DNA of 64,000 nucleotides, taken from the NCBI GenBank assembly GCA_028023455.1, contig JAQFVV010000005.1:15624001-15688000 (forward strand), written 5' to 3'. This DNA is from Epiperipatus broadwayi. Its lineage: Eukaryota; Animalia; Onychophora. Position 1 is the stretch's first letter. Every line of letters starts with the position of its first letter. Of this stretch, positions 38,568 through 49,989 are shown one piece after another. The position numbers were made by a program, and so were the translations under genes. The notes below the pieces were generated by a model. That model ran no database searches, had not been told where the DNA came from, and was given only the letters and a program-made list of their open reading frames with translations.

Positions 38568-38953
38568 AAACCACTAAACATCACATGATCACTATCTCAT
38601 ACTAGCACAATAATTGTTATTAAACAATTCAAAACAAAACAACACTCTCCATATAGTAGTGCCATCTTGTGCTAACAAGAGCAATCAATGGATGCCAGAA
38701 GGCTTGTGCATAAAATCCCTATCTAGTGCCTACTCATCCAATATCCCCAGACTAGTTTCTGGTTTGTGGCCTTCATCAGTGAGGAGCCTTGGATCTGAGA
38801 GCACTGCACCTAGATCTTAGGATCTAATGCAACCCTCCAGCACCCACCTTTTAACTCTATTTAACTACAAAACTATGAGAATGAAATTGAAAACACTATT
38901 AATATTTTCAATCCAAGCTCAATAGCAGAGTGTTGTTTTGTTTTGAATTGTTT
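38568..38953 (-). mobile_element. Family B hammerhead-bearing non-autonomous Penelope-like insertion
   Basis: 14-bp direct repeat AATACATTTATGTT at 38554-38567 and 38954-38967. ~38618-38845 is homologous to the reverse complement of 47040-47270, with a short inverted end copy at ~38920-38953. Confidence 0.8.
38744..38785 (-). ncRNA. Type I minimal hammerhead ribozyme (family B), core intact
   Basis: Minus strand: UCCUCA CUGAUGA A-GG-CCACAAA-CC-A GAA ACUAGU C UGGGGA. 6-bp stem I, palindromic ACUAGU stem III, GUC cleavage site. Confidence 0.75.
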
Positions 38954-40065
38954 AATACATTTATGTTCTTAGCTCAATAATAATATTCTCTTAAAATAAT
39001 AACAATGCAATAAAATTTAAAGAGATGTTAATCATTGTCTAAATCTAATTTATTACAATTATGAACAAACATTGCCACTTGTTAGATATCTATACTTTTG
39101 GCAGACACTAAACTACCCACTATAATTACATATGTTGACATAGTTTTTATAAATGAATAAAATAAAATATTGGTATAAAATATATTATTGATATTTATAA
39201 ACGTGATTTTGCTTTACAAAATCCCTTATATTTCCTTCTTTCGAATTGAAATAATACAGCTACCCTCCCCCCACCATGTAGAAGTTTGAGGATAAGATAT
39301 AAAATGTCTTAAATACAAAATAGTCTTATTTTATTGCAATATTTTTTTATGGACTAAAATAATAGTTATTGAAAATGAAGCTTTGATTTACTAGAAAAAA
39401 TTGCAAACAGAATGATAGGCTTTGACAGTTTGAATTGAAGCAATACATAATTGTTTACCTTGATATCCACAAATGAAACAGGCACTCTAAAAATTTCATT
39501 AGAGTTCAAATTATAATCTTTCTGGAAGGCCAGTCTTATTTAATTTTTAGGCCATTATCAAAAACATTATACATCTAATTCTCTTTTTACACAATTTTTT
39601 TTTTTTTTGCATGATTTTGAAATAACATGAGTTTTTTTTTTTTAAAAAAATTCTTTTTCTACACGAGTTGCTTTAAAATAACACAATCGGTAAAAAAAAA
39701 AAAAATCAGTTATTATCATCTAATTTTAAAAAAATGTTTCATCACTTTATTTCCTTTTATTTTAAAAACAAAAGTTCCTTTTTTGCAATATTCTTGTAAA
39801 TGGGGAAATTTGCTTGTCTTCATATTTAATGTTTTGTTTTAAAAGGAGAAGTGCCTTTTTGGTACAGTGCTTTGATGGCATTTTAACATTAGGGTTTAAA
39901 AAAAATTGTTCTTTGTTGGTATTGATATTAAAAAAGTGTAATTTTGTTTAAATTTAATTATTAATTTTTCTGAAAATCAATAGATGATAAGTTATACTTG
40001 GATGCATATTTTTGAATTTATGTTTTGTTAATTAAATCTGAAATATTTTTCTATAGTCTCATACA

Positions 40066-41700
40066 ATGTCAAATAATCTGTCTACAAAAGAGGAAAGTAA
40101 TTTCCTTGGATACTAAAATTCAAATTTTAAATCATCTTGTAACCAGAAAAGAAGTATCATTTGTAGGAAAGCATTTTGATTTACATGAAGCTACTATATG
40201 AACTATTAAAGGCAATGAAGCTGCTATTAGAAAGTTTATATGTTCTGGAACAAAATTGACTCCTAAGTTATCATTTTATACAAGAGATATTGTTAAGAAG
40301 AAAGTGGAAAAAGTCTTAGTAATGTGGATAGAAGAAATGTAGAAAAAAGAGTACCATTAAATGGAAATCCTATCAAGCAAACAGCACTAAAAATTTACAA
40401 ACATATTAAAGAAATCGAGCCAGGCACTTCATTTGAGTTAAACAAGGAATGTAAATTTTCTTCAAGTACAGGATGGGTGACAAAGTTTCTTGAAAAGACA
40501 TACACTTCACAACATTAAAATAAAAGTTGACACTGCATCTGCAGATGAAACAGCTCCTGATCAAGTTTGGAATATTCATAAAAGTGGTCTTTTTTTGGAA
40601 GAGAATGCCTAGTAGAACCTATGTAGCAAATTTGCAGAAAACTGTTGGTGGCTTCAAAATAGCAAAAGATCGTGTCACTTTGGTATTCTGCTCCATTGCT
40701 TCAAGAGATCACATATTGAAATCTCTGCTTGTTAATCGAGCCCAAAGACCATGTTAAATGAAAGGTATAGATTTGAATAAATTACTGATCACTAGATAGC
40801 AAATAAAAAGGCTTCGATCACAACTGAAATTCTTATAGAATAGTTCAAAAAATGTTTTATTTTAGAAGTTAGGTGATATATGAATGCCAAAGGTCTAGAA
40901 TTTAAAGCTCTATTAATTCTAGCCACAGCCATCCAGTCTTGGAATACTCAAATGTACAATTTTTATTTTCTGCTGCCTAATACCATTTCCTTGATTGCAA
41001 CATTTATATAGAAATTTTGCAAGGCAAGAATTCATAATACATGCACTAACAATGTTTATTCTCTGCAAGCTGTTGATGGCACTCCAGAATGATTGTAGTT
41101 ATGAAGTTTTATGTCAGTTTTTCAGAGTTTCAGGATCAAACTAAACAAGTGTCATAGATGTGCACAAGAAATTTTTAATTCTGGATTGTGTGAATCAAGT
41201 TGGATTAATGTTACCTGAATTAAGATGTTTAACTTTGAATGGATGTTGGAAAGCTATTTGGCCAGAATGTGTCAAAAGTAAAGATTCTGTTGTCTTAAAA
41301 TGACTGAATTTCCCAACATCATAATAATGGCTCACTTAATTGGCAGAGAAGAATTTGATGACATGTTATCTGAAGATATTGATAAATTGTTAGTTGATAA
41401 AGCTTTAAATGAGAAAGGAATCATAGTGATTGTTCTTAAAACTCTTGATCCTAAAGAAGACAGCTTTAATGAAGATGATGCTCTAGTGTTAAATGCTAAT
41501 TTAGTTAAAGAAGGTCTTGGTCTTGCTAATAAATTAAGTAATTATTTGTCATATATGATTCTAATGAGGAATGAGTTTCAAAGTTCCAACAAGATCTGAA
41601 ATCTCTAATATCATCTTATAGAGAACTATATAAAGACCTAGCTACTATATGAACCCAGTCATTAATTAATGAATTTATTCATAAAAATGTAACATTAGCA
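40066..41700 (+). mobile_element. Decayed Tigger/pogo (TIGD/CENP-B-like) transposase
   Basis: Across frameshifts: HTH-psq-like RKVISLDTKIQIL, CENP-B HTH (EKVLVMWIEE..VPLNG..FSSSTGWV) and DDE_1-type GLFWKRMPSRTY..GFKIAKDRVTL. Confidence 0.9.
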
Positions 41701-42117
41701 GCACGGGACATTACTGCTGATGTTGTTCAGGAGTTTACAGAGAGAACTTCATCAATGGAAAAACACAATGACCAAAGCATTATTAGTGATAACAGCGATA
41801 TTGGAATTTTAGTGATAGCAACGGTATTTCAATCATGTGCAAATGTATGTGTTTATTGTCAGAAATTGTCGGCAAATAAAATCTTATCTATGTATAACTC
41901 ATATTACAAATTCTATCTAATTTTCATTGATTCTTTACATTTTTTTTATTTTTCAATTGAAATTTATTTCTATAATTCATTTTTATTTATGTGCAATGTT
42001 TATGAAGTGAAATTTGATAGCATGCAAAAAATATAACATTCTAACAATTGGTACTTATTTTTTAGACCAGACAAACTACCTGATGGCACTTTTACACTCT
42101 TTAATACACATAAATAT

Positions 42118-42550
42118 AACGTTACCTGGCCGGCCTTTCTTTATTGTCCGATTTATGGTATTACAAAAAAAAAGTCTACATTAATTATTGTCCCATTTTT
42201 TTATTGTTCGATGTTTATATAAAAAAAATTAAGTCTACATTAATTTATCTACTTATTTTTTATTGGAAATGAACAAGTTCTTTTTTGTTTTTGCTTTTAA
42301 AAACACGGTTTTATTTTAATAACGTTACCGTGCCAAACTTTTTTGTCTTTATTGTCTGATTTCAGGTATTATTTTGAGATTAATTAAAAAAAAAAAAAAC
42401 ATATATAAATTAATTGCTGTACTTCTTTTGGATTGAAAACAAAGTATAAATTAATTTATCTATTTATTTATTGTTGGAAACAAATAAGTTCTTTTTTGTT
42501 TTTGCTTTTAAAAACACTATTATTTTAATAACATTACTGTGCCAGCCTTT
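42118..42550. repeat. ~205-bp tandem repeat, ~2.1 copies
   Basis: Units start aacgttacc at 42118 and 42321 and aacattact at 42530, sharing ttaatttatct..ggaaa..aagttcttttttgtttttgcttttaaaaacac. Confidence 0.85.
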
Positions 42551-42639
42551 TTTTTTTTATAGTGCAATTTCAGGGTCAGGAAGGGGGAATATGTCAGCAC
42601 GTAGTGATGGAATGTGCAGGAGGGGGGGAATGATGTTTT

Positions 42640-42900
42640 TGACAATCCAAAGGGTCGTCCAAAAGATGCAGTAGCAACCTCAGCCATTTAATTTGTCTCA
42701 TATGTGTTCTCACGCAAAGCTGAGTTTTTGCATGAGTTCTCTGCAATGGTGCTTGTCCCTACCCTTTTTCAATTGTTAAAAATCTTGAAAGTTGTGTATG
42801 GAAGTGCAGCAATGTGTTTAAAATTATTACTATATAATACTATGTCAGCTAGGGTGTAAGATCATTACTTGGAATGTACACTTCAAGACTTATGGCCAGT
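42640..42900 (-). pseudogene. Possible decayed Myb/SANT (trihelix) ORF, Harbinger-like
   Basis: Minus-strand pieces FKHIAAL and KGRDKHHCRELMQKL..GCYCIFW resemble the FxxIAxxL..GxxRTxxQCRxKxKxL pattern; contains stops and indels. Confidence 0.3.
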
Positions 42901-43559
42901 TGATTTCTAGATATCCTCATGTGTTATGGTAGCGATCTGTGAAGTGTGCGCATTTGCAGAGTTTCGCGAAGCACATCAGCGGGCCATAAGATTGGTATGC
43001 AATGACATCTAGGCCTGCTAACAGCTAATATGAACAACTGTTCTAGAGGCCATAAGTTTGTCTGTGTAAACAGCATTTTTTTTGGCATCTAAAAGGCACC
43101 ATCAGGCGGCTTGTATTGTCTAAAAAATAAGTACCAAAATGTTTTATATGGCTTATTTCATTATTTTCATTGATTTCTTACATCTGGAAACAATCTCTTT
43201 ATTTACCATATTATGTAATATATTTTTTATATGTAATTTTTGGGAATCAATATATCATCATGTGAAAAGAAAATTAGATATATTAACGTTTAATATTATC
43301 TACCTGATGGTATGTTTTTTTAATTTTATTATCATTTATTCATTGCCAATTTTTCAGTACTTGCAGCTTTTCTTACATTCACTATTAATAATGATTATTT
43401 TGGAATATGAATAATCTGTTCCATCCATAACAAATATAAAATATCAAATTTTAATAGTAACAAATCATAATATTGAATATTATTTTTTAAATAAATGAAC
43501 ATAACATTTATCACTTCTTTCATTAAAATGTTATCAGATATCTGTAAGAGACTATATTT

Positions 43560-44020
43560 GCCTCCCTGTAAATTTCTATTGTGAATCACAGTCAGGAATA
43601 AACCCAATCCCACTGGCTGTTAGGCAAAATAACAAATGACATGATTCAATAATTTCTAAGAGAAAAATAAGTTTATTTTAATTTTAAATTCTAACAATGT
43701 TACAATAAAATTTAAGAAATAAAAGCTTTTATTTTTAATTAAATTGAATATTGGAATCTATTTTGAATCCAATAAAATCATACAGATTCCATTACACAAG
43801 CCAAAATTATATCATTAAATTTTCATTGGTAGATCTAGAAATTCCAAGAATTGAAGATAGTAAGTTAGACCTCAATGATCCACTTTATAAAAAAGAAACA
43901 ACAATAACTTATAGATATCTGTTTAGTTAAATTTCCTATTCAGAAGATAAGTTTCACTAAGAGCTGCTGTATCAATCTTAAATCTTCATCTCCTTTCCTA
44001 GCTAAATCAGATGTTGAAAA
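43560..44020 (-). mobile_element. Decayed LINE endonuclease (APE) fragment
   Basis: Minus strand reads KIDTAALSETYL, resembling the IDIAALSETRL motif of RTE endonucleases. Confidence 0.35.
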
Positions 44021-45814
44021 ATCTATATTTTACTGGTACTAAAGTTTTTCGTACACCTATATTTAGGGGAAACATGAAATACTTTTATTGCTACCACTAC
44101 TTTTAATTTCACCACTATTTCCTTCACTAATATTGCAAGTATTTTTAGTAACCTAAGCAGATTTTTTTGAATTTTTTATACATCTATTCGTATTTGTAGA
44201 AGGCATGTGAATTCACAAATGAGATTGCTTAAACATCATTTGCTAAGTGAAATCCCTGTATCCAAGTGAATCATTATTGACTATCAAGTTACTATATCCT
44301 GGGATTATTCTCATGATGAGGGCTTTGCATACTTACATACTCATAATTACTTGCTTATAGAAAGAAAAAAGATTTGTTATGCAAGTAATTGATATTTGCA
44401 TAAATATTTAGTCTCATTATCACGATTAGTGTAGAGAAAAGACTGGTGGCTTAGAAAAGTCATGATCACCAAGCCATATATCACCCTGAATGACTGACAA
44501 TACTAAAATAAATGAAAACAAAAGGAAGAGTAGATAAAGAAAAATTTTATGTTGGAAACTTTATTTAATATTTTCTTAGTCATCATTTTATCCTGTCAAG
44601 CAGCAGAAAATATTTGCAACTGGATATTACTTATTGACTAGTGTAAAGATCACTCTGCTCTCTATTATTTGTGGACTGACGCTTTTGATAGCCTGTACTC
44701 AGCACTTGACTTTAAAGGGAGCACTATTGTCAAAATATATCTAAAGTGACATTATTTGTTGATTTAAGTAATAAGTGATTTTATTAAGAAATCACCAAAT
44801 TCCCTAACTTAAATAATATGCTAAAACATGTCCATTCTAATGTCATCTAATGTAAGCTTGAATAATCAATGATGATCAGATATGTATTAAAATTTTATCA
44901 CTTCAGTATTTAAATCACTATCCCAGATCTTTAAAATGTATGGTCATTGAACTGGAATCTGATCTATATAACTGTTCAAGTGGGTTGACTTGGATTCTAA
45001 ACCTTGGGCTGATTTCAAATTTTAGATCTTCAACTCAAGTAAAATGGAGTTAAAGTGCTTATTGGATGCTTATCTGTGTTCCTTCCAGTTTTGAGTTTCA
45101 AGCCTTACTAATAAAGACAAAAACCAGTCTGAGAATCCATTTTTAAATACTAAAGTTAAGGATTTTATATGAATTTAGTAATCACTGATTTTTTTAAAAT
45201 TTGTACTAGATGGTACTAATAGGAATTAAAGATATGCTGAGTTATTACATTTTGTGATGACTGATCTATTTACTGTGATGCCCACTGACAACTTTTTGGC
45301 AATTAAATCAGTATGTTATGATTATTTGACTTGTAATTCTTACTTTGATTGATCTGATAGTGCTCCATTTGTTTACTACTATTGACATATATTGAGTGAC
45401 ATTTGGTGGCCATATTGAAAATTTGTAAAAACTAAGAATTTTGATTTGTGTTTGGCAATTTTCTTGATTGTACATTCAATATAATATTTACAATACTTAA
45501 AAAAAATTGTATAAATCTTTTATATTAACTGTATTCCATCTTTATATACATGTGAGCTTTTTTTTTTTTTTTAATATTACCATATTCTGCTCTTTTTTAT
45601 ACAAATTTAATGCATTTTGAATAATTTTTAAAAAACTTTATGAGAAATAAAAAAAACAAATACTTATATTTTTCATATTAATATGAAATTAACGTTTTAT
45701 TGAATAATAGCTCATGATAATTTACTCTATCATATATCTATATATCTTTCTTTATACATGTTAATTCTCAAGTTTTCAGTTTCTTTTTAATAATTATATT
45801 TTTATTTGTTTTAG

Positions 45815-45966
45815 GCATTTATTACACCATTGTTTTCAAGCTCTAATGGATCACGGTGTAAAAGTATCTGAAGTTTTAGCGGACTCATATAGCCAGCATT
45901 GTTGTGTCATTCACTGTTCAGATAATCAAACCAAAGATAAAGCCATCCATTTAGGTTTCTCTTTAG
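45815..45966 (+). CDS. APPBP2: APPBP2 internal coding exon (exon 3, 152 nt)
   Basis: tttgttttAG acceptor, GTAAAG donor. (R)HLLHHCFQALMDHGVKVSEVLADSYSQHCCVIHCSDNQTKDKAIHLGFSL(G); phase 2 matches the previous exon. Confidence 0.96.
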
Positions 45967-47039
45967 GTAAAGTTATGTTTTTTTGATCTATGTATATTTT
46001 CTCTTAATTTTTTTTATTTCCTATATTATTATATTAGTAATAATTTACTTTGCAGACCACACATATATGTATACTAGATGTATCTATGTTTTTTCTCATG
46101 TGAACATTACAATATGTAGTTGTTCCCATGGTTTGTATATTTATGCATTATTTAAATGAAATAATAATACACTTAATTAGCAACAGCAGTATTATAAAAA
46201 ATATAGCTTTTTATGATCAGATATACTACTAAATATGCTCAAGTTTTAGGATTTTAGTTTAAATATATATTTCTCATGCAATAAATTAATTTTTAAAAAT
46301 GGTTATGAAATTTAACTTAGTAGTATTTTGTTCACACTTCACTTGCCAGTGAGAAATTAAATACACGGTACAAATTAAAATTACCTTTAACTACAATTTT
46401 CTTCATTTTTGTGGTATGTATTTAAATATACAGGCCACAACATTGTATCCATTTAAAAATTTTTTCAACATCAATCTTTTAATCGTACTGTCCCCTTTTT
46501 GTATTTTGTGAAGTCATTTGAAAATGGTTAAGATTTTGTTGCCTATTGCAAATTACCAAAATTTTAAAACAACTACTGTAAAGCAAAAATCCATAACCTA
46601 TGTAATTCTCCTAAAAACAAAAATAAAGAAAATCATGAGATTCATCAAGATTAGTGCAATGTTTGTTAAGTTATAAAATAACAAACAAACAAACGATAAC
46701 ATTTATATAGTAATAAAGATTATAACTTAATTGAATTTTTTTTTTCTATATTGAATAATTTTTCTAAATCACCAAAGAATCACATGATCCTATTTTTTAT
46801 GCTTATATAGTATCTTAAAATAGTAACAACTCTCTCCATACATTAATGATGTTTTGGTGATTTAATACCAATCCCGACCTAAGGACAATAGTGAATATAG
46901 TTATTAAAAAAAATAAGATACCAAATTTATAGATATTAAACTGGATTCAGATCTGTATGACTACAGAAGCAAATTAGCTTGAATTGAAAAAATTATTGTT
47001 TCATTTTGGACTTGTAGCTTTAGTTAACTAAAAAGGTAA

Positions 47040-47275
47040 AAATATGCCTGTTGGAGGGTTTATTGGATCCAAATTTCTAAAGTGCAGTATTTTCAGATCC
47101 AAAGCTCATCACCAATGAAGGCCACAAGCTAGAAACTAGTCTGGGGATATTGGATGATTAGGCAGTATATAGGGATTTTGATGCACAAAACTTCTAGCAT
47201 CGATTGATTAGTTTGGTTTGCACTAGGTAGCAGTAGTGTATGGAGAGAGTTGCTACTGTTTTAATACTTTATCTA
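47040..47275 (+). mobile_element. Family B element, second copy, with mutated hammerhead (47106-47147)
   Basis: UCAUCA CCAAUGA A-GGC-CACAA-GCU-A GAA ACUAGU C UGGGGA. Colinear with the reverse complement of 38618-38845; an inverted end fragment lies at ~46818-46841. Confidence 0.78.
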
Positions 47276-48410
47276 ATAGCTGGAATCAAGAGTTTCTGGA
47301 AATAAAATCTACTATTGCCAACAGTTGATAAATTAGATGATCATTTAATAAAATCCAATTAGCCAATTAAAAGTTTTAAATTAGTAATTGATAGTGGATG
47401 AGAAATGTGTGCTTTTGATTCAAAATTTGCTGTTGCCTCCGTGAAACAATATTTTCTGCTGCTTATTTTGTGTGGGGTTAATAAAAAGATTGAGTACTGA
47501 AAGTGCCAGAAATGAAATCAATCCAAGAGCTTTATGCTCTAGGTCATTGCACTAAACCACAAATAGACAAGTAATATTTTTTTGCTGTTTTATTTATTTT
47601 CAGTAAATAAATATTTGAATGATTAATTATTCAATAGATTACGCAACACAATCCTAAGAATCTTAAGCTCTCTAGTTCATCACTGTACCGTGAACCTCTA
47701 TGCTAAATCTCACAGGCAACGATCATTATGATCAGTTTTTTTATTTTATTTAAATATTAAAATAAAATCACTTCAATTATATGGCTTATTAAACATAAAA
47801 GTATCTTATTAGGTATATATATTCTAATCAGAAGTCAGTATTTTTATTCATCAGATTTTTTGCTGTCCAATATTTTGAAATTATCCTCTTTTTACTTAGT
47901 TTTTTTATTAATGTATATGTTACTTTCATTGATATCCAATTTAGTGCAGTAGTAAAGTTGCCCTGCATGGTTTAGTGCAGTGATTCAGTGATGAGACATT
48001 GGAAGTCAACGTCCATAGATTCCAGCTCTGGTTCTCGAACGTTTTATGAATACCGAAGCAATAAACCATTCAATTATTCATTTAATCTAATGAAGAGTTA
48101 CTATTTTGGATTATATTAAAAAGCAATACAACAAAATATTTATTGAGCCATTGGTGTATCAATTTAACAATGCATTGCAATTTGTCAAGAGTGTGGGTCT
48201 TGTCAAAAGGTAAATTTTTCATTAAAAAAAGATAAAAATGTTTGAAGATGTAAAGACATAAAAGTAAAGATCTTGGTCAAAATGACCTTAATAAAGTCAA
48301 TATTGGAATGCAAGACAAAATAAATTCTTAAAACTGTATAAAATTTAAAAAAATGATCATAAATTATGCACACAAATGGTAAGGCCTAAAATAAAATTTC
48401 TGCTACCCTA

Positions 48411-48480
48411 CAGTGGTAGAGTAGCAGACTTTGGAACTCAAGGTCCATTGATCACAACTCAGATCTGCTATTTTGAGCAT
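48411..48480 (+). mobile_element. Degenerate tRNA-derived SINE-like head
   Basis: cagtggtagagtagcagact (A-box-like) is similar to cagtgatagagtggtagact at 58831. Other A/B-box-like stretches occur at ~16982-17045 and 32921-32974. No full cloverleaf. Confidence 0.4.
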
Positions 48481-48717
48481 TCAAATTTTTCATGAACTCC
48501 CAAACAATTAATCGACTAACTAGTTATTGGTCAACAAATAGGTAGCTAGCTATTCTTAGTTAAAAAAATTAACAAGAATGGGAAAATAACACTTAGTTTT
48601 ACCTACAATTGGCAGGCCTGGTTATTAATATCTTCACTGTTTCTCTTTGAATGTTCTTATAGAGGTTTTTGCTCAACAATGAGTTATTTAAATGATTTTA
48701 TTTTCACTATTGACATA

Positions 48718-49141
48718 CAACTGCATGCAGTACAATCTTTGAATCAATACATGTGTTATGTAGTAACATAATTTAATTATTTACCACAAAAATTTTAAGG
48801 TGCTAGCATGACTGGATCATAAGTTACAACATGAGATGTCACAATGTATTGTGTATCTTCAGAGATCACTGCCATCATAAAATCTTGTAAATACTTGGAA
48901 ACACTTTTGCAGTTTGTGGATTTACTGCCTAATACAGTTTGAATCATTTCAAACATTTCAGTAGCAGTTTTATCCAATTTAAGACAAAATTTAATGTTTG
49001 CATCTTGTGGGTTAAGAAGTGAAACACACTGTAAAATTTCATGTTGTAATTCATATTCCAGCTATAGTAGCACCTTAAAAGTTTTTTTTAGTGAATTGCT
49101 TAATTATGTCACTACATAAGAGATGTCATTGCAGGCAGTTT
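48718..49141 (-). mobile_element. Mariner remnant (transposase N-terminus) within long inverted repeats
   Basis: NIKFCLKLDKTATEMFEMIQTVLG matches the mariner N-terminal HTH pattern. ttttaaggtgcta (48793) pairs with tagcaccttaaaa (49068), and pairing extends ~70 bp outward. Confidence 0.75.
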
Positions 49142-49989
49142 AGAGAAAGAATCAGTCATATTTTCACTAGGATTATTTATTCTAGCTTAATTAATTTAAT
49201 TTGAATTAATAAGTTTACTAATTAACCTAATGAAGGTCTTTTTAAGAATAAGTTGCATAATGAAAATTGTCACAAGAAAGTTAGCATCTCTCTTTATTTA
49301 TGATGGGGTTGGACATGTAGAGATATTCCTGACTGAGTTCATTACAATAGAAATTAAAAAAAAAACAAAACAGATATTTTATTATGAAGTATTTTCTCAT
49401 TAATCAATGCATGTGAATATTGTGGTGCTACTTGGAGGTTGTATGATCTTCGAGTACCCAAGTGATGGATTGTGCACATTAGAACCATTTGTTCTAGAAA
49501 CCATATATCACAATAACAAGAACGTGTAAAAGACTTTGTAATAAAAACACATAATGTTGCATCTAGAGGATTAATAATAGACTATTTGTTTCTTATTGAA
49601 TTCCAAATTATTCATTTTATATTTATGCATATTTATTATTAAATAAATTATTTTGTTATTAAACTTGTGTTAATTCATTTAAAGTTATTGATTCTCTTCT
49701 GACTGGTAACTAATTAATACCCATGGAGTATGTTGTAGTTACCATCTGACAACCTATGAAGAGAAAACTAATAACAGACTTTGGGAGAATGAATAGCAAT
49801 TGTATATAATATCATTACCTCCAAAACAAGATAAATGACATCATTATATAATAATATAAAAATATTCGACATGAAGAATGCCACTTTATGAAAAAAACAT
49901 ATAGAGCATGTAGCCCGCTACATTCTCATAAAAAATAGATGAGGAATAATTGAAGATGTCTATTCTTATGGTTTGCAGGACAAGACTTT

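Noticed and set aside
47988-48020. GTGATGA-GAC..GTC-AAC-GTC hammerhead-like string
   Set aside because: C3 is altered, the GA of GAAA is missing and there is no stem I.
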